A stretch of DNA of 64,000 nt from Azolla caroliniana (Eukaryota; Plantae; Polypodiophyta). The stretch lies in assembly GCA_043228905.1 (NCBI GenBank), contig JBHGNT010000007.1, positions 18,786,001 through 18,850,000 on the forward strand. Reading direction: 5' to 3'. The notes under the pieces were generated by a model. The model was not told the DNA's origin. It worked only from the letters and a program-made list of their open reading frames with translations, and ran no database searches. This document shows positions 24,916 through 36,815 of this stretch, piece after piece. Each line of letters begins with the position of its first letter. Position 1 is the first letter of the stretch. The position numbers and the translations under genes are program-made.

Positions 24916-27900
24916 TCAATCACCTTTGTTTCCATCCTTACTGTATGGTTGACCAAGGATGACGAGGTAGGTTGATTGATCCTGCACAAAGAAATTTTGC
25001 TTCGCCGACACATCTCCAATTGTTACCTTCACATTAGGGCATGCTTCGAATAGATCCTCTATAGTTTCTATGGCAGCTCTTATCTTCCTCCCATGATTCT
25101 TGTCAATCGGCTGAGACCTTCCTTGAGCGTAAAATTCTGACGACATCATGTTAATCTCGGATCCATGATCGATAAAAGCAATACATGGAATTTGTTGCTC
25201 CCCAATTTTTGCAGGCGTCTCCGTTGTTGCCCGAGCCCAATGGTCCCTTGTATAGTGACTTCTATCCCCTTCATGAACCCTAACATCATTTCTGTTTTTT
25301 ACACTTGCAACATTGATGGTGCCACCATACAAATCTTGGAGTGTTGTTGCACACCCTCCTGTAATTTCCTCCATCACCTGTCTCTTTCTTCTAATAATAT
25401 CTATGATAACTTCATGAAATTCATTCTTTGCTATACCCAACCCTTCTCTTAAAGTAAATTCTACCTTACTATTTAATATTCTTGTTTCTAGTGCCTATTT
25501 TATATCCGTCGTTGCTTATATGTCCGAAGCAAGCTTGAAAGATGGGCCTGACTTCCTTTTTACTATATTAGCTTCCTTCGACTTAGGAGCACCCTTTTCC
25601 ATCTCTCTTCTCTTTTGTTATCGTGTCTCATGTTTTTTTGCCAGATCAGCCTCCTCAACTCTCTTTCACTTCTCTTCCGCTAGTACCTCTTGTGCATTCA
25701 CTTGGGCAAATGCAGATAGTGTGTCTATTGGATCATTCCATCTAGTGAAGTTCCGTATTTCATCTCCTGCTCTTTTTAATTCATCCACTCGAACCTTCCC
25801 ATTTCTTGCATAATCCATCACATCTTCCCAAAAGCCAGATCCACCATATGAGTCTTCTACATGCAACCCTAACGTTACCATAGATTGTATCGCTTGAGTT
25901 GTTTCTCTCTCGGCATCTTCCATTAGCTTTTTCATCCCACCTCGCCCAAAGTTGAGTTGAAGTGGTTGTCAAGTCTCTGTCGATTGAATCTTATCATCTT
26001 GATAATATATTTTATCATGATTAAGAGCATCCCTATGTTCTTGACAATCTTTCTTTTGATGGTCGATACAGTCACACCACATACACCTTCAAACCATTCC
26101 ACCTCCTTGCCTTGACGAAGTTGAGCTTTGTCTCGATTCCAGCTTTGTCACTTTAATCGACAAGTCTTTCATGCCTTTCACCAATTTATGCAAGAGTGAC
26201 TCTTCTACATTCTTTTCCCCCAAGTCGTTCCTCGTTTCGTCTCCCTTCCTCTCAGGCAGCTCCATAAACCATAACTTTCTTTTACAGAAATGGGAGCACA
26301 CTCTTTTCACCTCTTCCCAGTCTTCGGTAAGTCCACTCGGACTATTCTGATATTCCAGAAGCATTCCCAAGTCCGTCCTGTCTTTAATATTAGTGACTTG
26401 TAGAAATAATATTATTTTATCTAGCATTATTATATTTCTATCCCTAACATTTAATTTCTTAAATCTTTCTGAAAATTCTTTTAACACTTCCAAAACACTT
26501 AAATATTTATTAGACTCTACCCAATCCATGAAAGCTCGCCTTGTCATCCTTGACATATCGTTGGGGTTGTATTTATTCAATAATACTCTTTCGAAAGTCG
26601 CCCATGTCTGATGCTCTCTCTGTAGCTCCTGGATCCTTTCTTGTAGCCCAATTGCAGTGACTCGACTAAAGCTATTAATTTTTCCAACTTCGTCCACACC
26701 TCGTTTAAGCATTTCCTCGTTGTAAATCTTCAGAAATCTTGTTAAATTCATACCTTCGAAGATCCCTACTGGTGCAAGAATATTGTCGACGGCTTTATCG
26801 ATGCTTGCCATCATTCGTTCCATCATCATACACATAAGCTTCATTTGCTACATTTTTCCTTGTCACCGCCTTTACGTTGAGTTCACCAAATATGTTGGGG
26901 TAGTTGTGGTTCGTGCGGCGAAGTCGCAGGGACTAAGGTTAAAGGAAGTGGGTTATATATTTTATAAGGGTTCTGCGTTGATGTTAGAAAGATTAAGGAT
27001 AGGAAGACAAAGTAATATGTGTGATAGAGACAACTATAGATAAAAGATAGAGACAATGTATGATATAAGAAGCAAGAGTATATGATATGAACATGATTTA
27101 TATTAAGATTTATTTATTTTACCAACTTTACAATGCTTGATAACAAGATGAAACCTTTCTCTACCGACTCTTGATTTGAACCCTCGACTTCAACTCCAAG
27201 AGACAAGACACTTCCCCGAATGAGCTAGCTTCTTTGCTTGATAAATTATTTGATTTCTTAATTTCTCTTGATCCCTCCTCCTTTTCCTTCCACTCTTTTT
27301 ATAGGTGCCCCCATGCATACAATGCATGTGAGGGTACAAGGCATGCATGATCGCCATTTGGCGTACATGCATTACATGTGATGCATGCTAGACATCTCAC
27401 TCATTTGAGCTCTCATGCATGAAAATAGATATTAGATAAGTAGAATGATGGAAAGATAATTCCAAAAAACAAATAATCTAGCCTAGTTGTATGTACTTTG
27501 TAATTGGTAGATAATGTTGAGGGTTCGAGTCTCTTATATTTTACTCAATACTGACAGGAATTCACGCTCCCCTTATCGCAACGCTCGACCACAACCGAGC
27601 TTAGAATCATACACAGAAAAAACGATGAAAGAATGCATGACACGAAGAAGAGAAGAGTACGCAGGATGTTTATGTGGAAAACCCAAACTAAGGGGAAAAC
27701 CACGGTAGCCCACAGGCTGCAAACTATCACTATGTTAGAATGTACAACAGTGAGTTCACGGAGGCAACGACCTCGTGCTCACGATCTTCGCCACAGGCGG
27801 CGGTTACAACAGAGGCAACAACCTCTTTCTCTCTCTATACACAGTTACGCACTCTCTCTCTCCTTGCACAAACAAGAATAACAACAACTCTACGTCATCC

Positions 27901-28233
27901 CAATAAGTTTGCCCTAAGTCATATTTATACTAATATGACTTTTCGGCTATTTACAAATATAGCCTCGATGGACTCTCAGAAACATATTTACGAATATGTC
28001 TCTTCATCTGGTGAGCACTCCTCACCGGTTCGGCACCACCTAGCTCTCTGTAGTCGGGTACTCCTCATCCGGTTCTCACCGGGTCTGCACCATCCGGCTC
28101 TCCGGAGCCGGGTACTCCTCATCTGGTTTCCCATCAACACTGTTCTTCTCCCTTCCCATCCGGAGGGACCTCTCTCCCAACAAATGCAATATTTAAGTTT
28201 ACTTTTATATCGTGAAGCACATCTCTCACAACA
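24916..28233 (-). mobile_element. Ty3/gypsy element 1, 5' part: 5' LTR (~26893-28233, interrupted by a solo LTR), PBS, gag, protease
   Basis: PBS TGGTGAACTCAACGT (degenerate tRNA-Trp complement) next to LTR end 26893; gag ORF 26089-26844 followed by CMWCDCIDHQKKDC knuckle; protease AFIDHGSEINMM and VILGQPY. Confidence 0.85.
27515..28182 (-). repeat. Solo LTR of the copia A family nested in the gypsy LTR
   Basis: TGTTG...CAACA termini; reverse complement matches 2290-2556; no PBS or PPT adjacent; flanks GATAA / AATGC do not form a TSD. Confidence 0.85.
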
Positions 28234-30444
28234 CCACCCAGGTTAAACACGAATTTGGGGTATTGTTTTGGCAGTTAAGGCCGATAAAGACTGCTTAATC
28301 GGGACAAAGGTAGTAATCGAGACGGATTGCCTACCGATTCTTGGTATGGTTTTTGGATGCGCGACTCCGGATTTGACGATGCTCAGGTGAATCGCATACA
28401 TCAAGTCCCTGAATCCAAAGATACAACACATCTCCGAAAAAGACAACGCCATGGCCAATATGCTTTCGAGAGCACAATTCGAGAATGAGGACAACATGGT
28501 ATTGAAAGACGAAGAAGTCAGTGTGGACTTCTTCAAGTCAGCTCGAACATCGGCGAACAGACGAAGCACTCCGACCCTGAACGAGTTCGATGAGAACGAC
28601 TATGACGGGGAGTGGCAGTATGATGGCACCAGACGCAACATGGACAAAGGACGAGGTGAGCCAGATCCAGAAGAAGGTTTACCGATTCTTCTTCCGGAAT
28701 GGTAAGATCTAGAGGCACCCGAAGAAGCGGACTAGTACACCACTCCAGGTGGTAACGAAGGAGAGCGAACAATCAATACTCGTGTCAGAATTCCACGAGA
28801 GCCCTTGGTCCGGGCACCGGGGAACGTGGGCCACGTTCGAGAAATTGAAAGAGAGGTACTGATGGCTGAGAATGTATTAGGATGTGCACCGTTTCGTGAC
28901 AACATGCGAGAGTTGTCAGATGCACTCTGAGATTCGGCACAAAGACAAGCTGCACCCAACCTACCCGCCGGCCATTCCCTTCAAATGGATGGTCGACCTG
29001 GTGATGATGTCAATAGGGGTGGGGCAGATGAGGTACCTGGTGCTCATGAGAGAAGACCTAATGAACCAGGTGGAAGGCCGAGTGTTGATGAACAAGACGA
29101 CCACAGTCGTATGCTGGTTCCTGATCGAAGATGTGATTTGCCGGTATGATTGTGTGGGTAAGATCATGGCCAACCGAGGGGAGCTGAACGCGCAAGAAGC
29201 CGAGGAGTTGTTCAACCAACTAGGGGTCAAGTTGTCCCTCACAATTGCGTACAATCTGAAAGCCAACGGGAAGGTCGAAAGCGGGCACAGGCCGATTGTG
29301 AAAGCGATGGTGTGAGCATGCGATAGACCGGTTGCGGGGAAAAGGATCAAGGCGTTCAAGAAACGGTACGAAGCATATCCGGATCCGGAGATCGAAGACG
29401 AAGGCACAAACGAGGGCGATGAGTCAGATGAAGACCGGACCGGCGACAGATTCAAGGAGGAGTGAAGTGTAAGTCAGAATCCCCACCTCTTCACTACATG
29501 GCACATGCCGGAGTATGTGCGGTTTGGTGGGGGTGGATGTCGTGAGGAATTCCGGCTAGGTGTCTTGAGGACGCGTGAACGGGGCGTGCATTGATGCACT
29601 CGAAATATCTTTTGTACAATCATGTGTAAATAAATTAGTGTTAGTTTAAGTATGGAGGAATACTAGGTAGGAGTGATTGGGTAGGTACTTTAAGGCCACA
29701 CGCATAGAGAATAATAATAATATCTAATGAAGGAAATCGAGGGAAATCTCTGCCCGAAAGCGAATGTCTTTATGGGTGATGTAACAGCCTCCCCTTGTTC
29801 TATAAAAGGGGAGGTTTGAGATTGTTTGAGGGATCCACGACTTGGAGGAGGAAGTGTTGTTGGATTGAGTGTTGAGCTCTCTCTCTGTCTCTCACTCTCC
29901 CTCTATCTCGTGCTCTGTACTGATTCGAGGAAGAAGGTGAAGCCTCTACTCGCGCATGAATCCCGTGAGCTCCCGACCAGAGATGCATCCTTCTACGTCC
30001 TTGTGCGTGTGCATCTCTCGAGAGCGCTTAGCTCTGTTGCCGACCGTGCCTGGTTGTACTCTTTTCGACTCTATTAATCATTAGTGTTTCCTGAGTTTCT
30101 TCTGTGTTGGGTATTTCTACATTGTCCCTACTTGTTGCATGTTTGTTGCGCCCCGAGCTCGTGTACTTATTCCTGTTCGGTTTCTGTTGTGTGCGCATCC
30201 GAATGTGCGAGCCCAAGAGCTTACCGTTGTCTGGCATCCTGACTGGAACAATACACTTTTTCAAGCCCGTGCACTAACCGGTTGGGACCCGGAATCGTTC
30301 TGGATCGGATACACGTCCGGAAACCGATCCGACGGAGCTATCCGAACATAGACCCGAACCACCCTTCTCCCTTTACCAACTCCTTGATTCGAGACCCTTG
30401 TTGTCTCATCCCATCTCTACGCACCCACACGGAATACCACGACA
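28234..30444 (+). mobile_element. Ty3/gypsy element 2, 3' part: RNase H, integrase (partly deleted), PPT, 3' LTR 29538-30444
   Basis: VIETDCLPIL, DNAMANMLSR, GHRGTWATFEKL..CESCQ, KANGKVESGH; PPT GGTGGGGGTGGA; LTR ends TGTCGTG...CACGACA are inverted complements. Confidence 0.9.
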
Positions 30445-31682
30445 ACGGTTGTTTTGTTTTGTTTTCCTTCTTTTTTTTCTTTACACACACACACACTAAA
30501 AAAACATTTACATTGGCCCTTTTCAAAAAGGGTAACTATAAAGAAAAAAGAAAAAAGAAACGTTATTTCTCTTTCACACATATTACTAATACTAGTAATA
30601 AATATTATTGAAAGAAAGAAAAATGAGACGGTGACCGGACACATCAACAATCTCCCCTTTCGGTCACACAAGGAGAATATTGCTTGTGTCTCAATTCATC
30701 TCCATGCCGGGAAGCTTGGCACATAGCTCAAGCTTCTCCCTTGGAACCACCTTTGTTAGCATGTCAACATTGTTGTCATTTGTATGAACTTTCTCTAGCT
30801 GTAACGTTTTCTCCTTAGTTGCCAATTGTAACCAATGATATCTTACATCGATGTGTTTTATTCGTGAATGATACATTGAGTTCTTGCTTAGGTCCATTGC
30901 ACTTTGACTATCACAAAAAACCACAAAAGTTAATTGAGATGTAGATTTCCTACCATCAAGATCCCCAACCATGTCTGCATCTGTAAAGCCTTCAAGAAGA
31001 GGTTTAGAACATCCAAAACAAATGCACAATTAGATGTACCTCTCAAATACCTTAGAATCCAAAGCATTTTTTTGCCAGTCTCAGTTGCCGCAATGTATTC
31101 GACTACCGTAGTGGACAAGGCAACACACTTTTGCAATTTGGACTACCAGGATATAACTCCCCCTGCAAAAGTAAATCAGAAACCAGATGTAGATTTCCTA
31201 CCCTCAAGATCCCCATCCATGTCTACATCTGTAAAGACTTCAAGAATTGTTTTAGAATCTCCAAAACAAATGCACAATTTAGATGTACCTCTCAAATACC
31301 TTGGAATCCATTTTACAGCATTCCAATGAGATTTACCAGGGCTAGAGAAATACCTACTCACTGTGCCAAATGCGTGTGCAATGTCTGGTTGTGTGCTAAC
31401 CATAGCATACATTAAGGATCCAACCGTCGAGGCATAGGGAATCAACAACATCTCATCTTTTTCCTCCTTGGTAACTAGACAACATTTCCCACTCAATTTA
31501 AAGTGAGTGACAAGAGGAGTACTTACTGGTTTCGCATGTTGCATGTTGAACCTCTCGAGGATTCTTTCTATGTACGTTTCTTGTGAAAGCCACAATTTCT
31601 TTGATTCTCTATCACAAGTTATTTGCATACCTAAATTGTGCTTAGCAGGCCTTAAATCTTTTATGTCAAAAGTCTTAGATAA
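30445..31682 (-). mobile_element. Ty1/copia element E 3' part: RT end, RNase H with an internal duplication, PPT, partial 3' LTR (30445-30649)
   Basis: FDIKDLRPAK, PYASTVGSLMYAM, DGRKSTSG, KHIDVRYHW; PPT AAAGGGGAGAT next to TGTTGATG on the minus strand. Confidence 0.9.
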
Positions 31683-31735
31683 GCTCCACCCCCCTCCCAA
31701 GGGGGTTCGAATGTGAGAGGAGAGAGGGAGAGATG

Positions 31736-34700
31736 CATAGATAGATAGATAGATAGCTTATATTATCGTCTTCAAAGGTCAAATATGACTTATGAAACCA
31801 AAAATATTACATTTCACGTGATACGTGTGAAGGTGAGTAGCGACTCTCAATGTTCAAGAACTTTACCAATGAATGTTGCAATCGAGAGTGCACATCGTGG
31901 TTGTAAGAGAAATTCGTGCAAGGATTGGGCTGGATTGAAGAGATGTGGAAAGTATGGTCAAATATGATCAAAGGTAGAGCATTATATGAAAGTGTGACAC
32001 TCAGACTCTCGAACTTGTTTAGGGCAAAGTGTGCATAGTCGGCCACTTTCATCACTTGTGCGCCAATGCCCCGTCTCACATCTCAATGCGTGCGAGCTAA
32101 GTTGCATGGAAGCAATGGTTCGAATGACAGATATCGGGATGGGCTCTAACATGTATTGATGTGTACGGCTTCCCCGTTCCGCGAAGAATATGGTTTTGTA
32201 GTTAGGTGCAACATTTGTAGTTAGGAACACAAAATTTTGCTTTTATGCGTCTTTTGGATCTTTTTGCTTGCTTCCCATGCAATTCTAGGAAGTCGATGTG
32301 ACGGGCTTTTTTTAACCTTAAGCATGTATTCAACTTTCTAAGAAAATGTTTTTGGACATTTTCAAACTGTTTCCATGTAGATTTAGGGATGCTACCGCCC
32401 CATACTTCCACCCCATAGAGAAGAACCGGTGTAACCAAAGTGTCAAAAAGATATTTCTTGAGGACCCAACACTTAATATCTCCAAGATTGCATGTGTTCT
32501 CAAATGCATAATATGCTCGCTTACCCGCCTCTAAGCGGCATGTAGCACATTCATTCCATTTATGATTTGAAGGAACTTCACGGCCAAGATATTTGAAGCT
32601 TTCCACACATTCAAGTGGCTCATTGTTGTACATAATAAATGGTTTATCTCTTTTTTTACTCTTCACAAGCATAATCTTTGTTTTAGTTTAGAGCTATTGA
32701 CACTTAATCTAGTATGCATGCAAATTTTTTCCAATGCCTTCATAAGCTTTTGTGCATCTCCTGAATTATTTGCAAAAAGCACTACATCATCCGTATATGA
32801 CAAAAGCATAATCACAACATTCCCAATGGCAACTTCTTCAACACATTCTTCCTTTACAAACTTGGTAACCATTTCTTCTAATTCATCAATGCATAGACCA
32901 AATAATGTTGGTGAGAGTGGGCATCCTTGCTTAACACCAATAGTGTTATTGAAAAAAACTGAAAGACTATCTCTTATTCGCACACAACATATAACCTTCT
33001 CATATATTCGGGAAATTGCAAGCATATATTCACTTTGCACCTCAAGTTCTTCCATCCGCCTCCAAAGATGCTCACGAGGTACCATATCAAAAACTTTCTT
33101 GAAGTCTACAAAGCAACTATATAAACCTTTACCTCTAAGGCGACTTTCCTCCATTAATACTCGAAGAGTGACAAGATGATCAATGGGGCTATGGTGTTTT
33201 CGAAAATTAGCTTGTCCATAAGCTCTCTTACCATTTTTTTCTTCCCATACACTTATCTTTGATTCCATTATACATCCAAATAGTTTTGCCATTAATGAGC
33301 CAACCATGATGGTTCCATAGTTGTTTACATTATTTACATCTCCACCTTTATGTAAAGGTTTGATCCAATTTGTAGTCCAATCATATGGCATACCATGTTG
33401 CAATGCATCATTAAACATATCGCATATCCATATATGTGCTTCCTTTCCCCTCCATTTGAGCATTTAAGCTTTTATACATTGAAGATCGATTGCCTTTCGA
33501 GAGGCCAATTTCTTAAGTTCTATGCATATATCTTCAATTATAAAGAAGGGAAACATATGTGAAAGAGAACCATAACACATCATCTTTCCGGCAAGAGATA
33601 ACTCATATAAATTTTTACAATGCATAGACAAGTCATGAAGAGTTAAGTCACCATAACTCTCAACACATTTCCCCTTTAGATTTCCCAAAATTTAGCACAT
33701 GCATGTGCTTTCTCTTGCGTTTGGAGAAGTTGTTGAGTAACTTCCCATATTCATCTCTTTCTTTGAATAAGCCTTTTATAGTCATGCAAATGCTTTTGGT
33801 AATTTTCTTTATCCTTAACTACATCCAAAACCATAAGGCACTTTCGAGCTTCATGAAATTCTTTATCAAACCATTTTTTCTTACATTTCTTGGTGCATTT
33901 CCATGATGTGCGGTTGGTCGAAAAACATTTGTTTGTACAAGAGAGAATGTCATTCTTAAAAGCTTCCCATTTGCATTCTAGTGTGGCACCATGTTGTGTC
34001 TTTGTCATTTGTAACATATCCTCAACCATCTTGGAATACATGGGCGCTCGCTTAAGATTCATGCTCAAGTGCATTTGTTTACTATCTTCAATGACCTTCT
34101 CGCAATCAAACCTATGCATACATTTGAGATCAATACATAAATTCCTATGATTGGATTTCAGTGCCCATTCCCCCAATTAGAATTTATGTATGCATAGAAA
34201 TTAGAATCTTGATGAGGAATGTAACATCCAACGACAAAAGTGGGCAAATCATTAGGTGTTTCTATTTTGAGCCATATGTAGCATTTATGTTCATCATTTT
34301 TTACGATTGACGCATATTTCTCTATTTCCTTCTTAATCAAACATGCCACCCCTCCTTGTCCTCTTCTTTGTCTTATTTTTCTCCCATATCAAAGAGTGTA
34401 CATTATAGTTTCCTAAACCTTGAATCCTTTGAGTATTGTGCTCCCATGTTTCAACAAGAAGTGTGATATCCGAGTCATCGATGAACTCCTCTATGCCGAA
34501 TCCCACATTCCATGGGTATCCATTGCAATTCCAAAAACATAGTCATAAAAGACGTGGTTTAGTCTCATAGGTCACGTGTCCCTATTTGCCTACATTTCCA
34601 TCTTTAAGCACATCCTTAACCTTATTTTTCAATCTTTCTTCATATGCTTTATGACGGGCATTTTATTGTGAGATAGTACAATCTTCACTCACAAAGCATT

Positions 34701-34770
34701 GCGTACCTTTGAGGTATACCCAATTATTTTCGAGTATGATCCGTCGTTTTGTATCATCCGTCATTGAGAG
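31736..34770 (-). mobile_element. Non-LTR retrotransposon (LINE; APE + RT, RTE/RTEX-like), decayed, with (CTAT)n 3' tail and ORF1 remnant
   Basis: RT GVKQGCPLSPTLF, LSYTDDVVL, CFVDFKKVFD; APE N-term FWNCNG and LVETWE, VGCYIP; C-term SSHALRCETGHW..RLCTLC; tail ATAGATAGATAG at 31737-31756. Confidence 0.9.
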
Positions 34771-35080
34771 TGAGAGAGAGAGAGAATTGAGACAAACACG
34801 GTTTGAGGGTAACTTCAATATATATTTTCCTTTTTGCCATGCCCCACGAGTGGGGTTTAAATAGCACAAGATGTGATCATTGCAAAAAGCCGAATGGATG
34901 TGGGTACACCTACTTACCCCACCTAACAAACACACATTCACATTTCATATTACACCTTACACACCACCTTCCACATTACACCTAACCCTCCCGTACATTA
35001 TCAACAAAGAGGATACAACACAAATACAAGCTCTACCTCTAGATACACTAGAGTAAAGTAAAGATATGTAGCAAAGATAC

Positions 35081-35527
35081 TATTGACAAAAATGGGTACA
35101 ATAATCCAAAGAAATAATAGCCAACTCACAAACAGATGAGTGGAGAAAAGAGAATAAAATCCGGATGATAAAGCCCACAAGTCGAAGTAGTAAGAGTGTA
35201 GATCTCACGTTAAATAGTGGAGTTGAAAGGAAGAAGAGTTGAGCATCAAACATGTTGTTTTTCGTTCTCTCTTCTTCACTATGTCTCTCTCTTCTATCTC
35301 GTTTTCTTCTTCTTATACATCTCAAAACAAAACAATTGTTTTGTTTTGTTTTCCCTTTTCTTTTTCTTTACACACACACTAAAAAAACGTTTACATTGTC
35401 CCTTTTCAAAAAGGGTAACTATAAAGAAAAGAAAAAAGAAACGTTCATTTCTCTTTCACACATATTACTAATACTAGTAATAAATGTTATTAAAAGAAAA
35501 ACAACACAGTGACCAAACACGCCAACA
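35081..35527 (-). repeat. LTR of the copia E family
   Basis: ~35335-35527 matches ~30447-30649 (CCTTTTCAAAAAGGGTAACTATAAAGAAAA, CACACATATTACTAATACTAGTAATAAAT); ends GCCAACA; left boundary uncertain. Confidence 0.75.
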
Positions 35528-35821
35528 CTTTTTCACCCATGCACATTCACCATCCACATCAACCTCTAGGCATGCCACCTGGTGTCCAATACATCTTGAT
35601 CATTGGGACCTAAGCCCTCTTACACACTCCACATCCCTACACCACACCCACCATCATACAACATTTCATTGGCAAGAATTGCCTTTTGGAAAGTACCCCC
35701 AATGACCCACTCTCTAACAAACATCATCCTCCACCAATGTCTTCCACCTCCTCATGACTTGCTTCATCTAATGTTTCGTCAACTTGCATTTAGACGATAA
35801 GTTGCTTGAGCACTTCAAGTT

Positions 35822-36815
35822 ACCTACTACCCAACAAGGTATTGGTGCATCTTGTACTCCCAAGATGCGAAGTTGTTTCTGTCGAGCTTCTCGGTAGGAA
35901 GAGCACTTCTCATCTGAGTGTTCATGTTGAGCTTTCTTCTTCTTCTATTTGATATAAACTGTGAAGATTGATGCTACAGCGATCAGCCGGTTCTTTCCAA
36001 ACGCGGGCTTCGGCACAACGTACATAAAGACGATGGGCTTGGATCAAGCTACCAAACGCTCTGATACCATGTAAAGAATTGGTGATGATTCTGTGCAGCG
36101 GAGGAACTATGTGTGTGTGGAGAGAGAGAGTTGCCTCTTGGGAAAGAGGTCGAGCCTTAACTACTTAAAGAATATGTGTCATAGGATATTAACTATCCTA
36201 TGACACACTATTTACAATACAAGGAGGTGGGGTATTCACACACTTGAGTATCTATCACAGACATGACAACAGTTATGTTCACACACTTGAGTATCTATCA
36301 CAGACATGACAACAGTTATGTCAGTCATAGACCTCTTGTATTATAATCAAGTGTTATATTGTAACCAACACATCCAAGTACATAATCGTGTTATATATAT
36401 CTTCATATGTCACTTGTAGCCCCATCATCTGTGCTCCGTCCTAGTCCGCGCTTGATGTGTCCGTGACAGTGTTGAATCCCTTGAAAGGGACCAAGGAGGT
36501 TACAAGTATTTTATATTGTGAGTTGAACTACATGCATTAGAATATTCTTGAGAATATTTTGGAGAATATTCTAGAACCCTCTAGAATCTTCTAGTTCTAG
36601 AACTTTCTAAAAACTCCTAGAATGTGAATAGATAATCTATGAAGATATATATAACACGATTATGTACTTGGATGTGTTCGTTACAATATAACACTTGATT
36701 ATAATACAAGAGGTCAAGAGTTCAAATCTTGACATAACTGTTGTCATGTTTGTGACAATATCTTAGTGTGTTCCCTATGTTCCCACACACGGGAAGTTGA
36801 GTTTGATTCTCAACA
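35822..36815 (-). mobile_element. Copia element F 5' fragment: LTR 36070-36815, PBS, gag N-terminus
   Basis: GCTCTGATACCA (reverse complement of iMet PBS) at 36058-36069; gag MRSALPTEKLDRNNFASWEYKMHQYL; LTR start TGTTGAGAATCAAACTCAAC resembles the B/D-family LTR starts. Confidence 0.85.
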
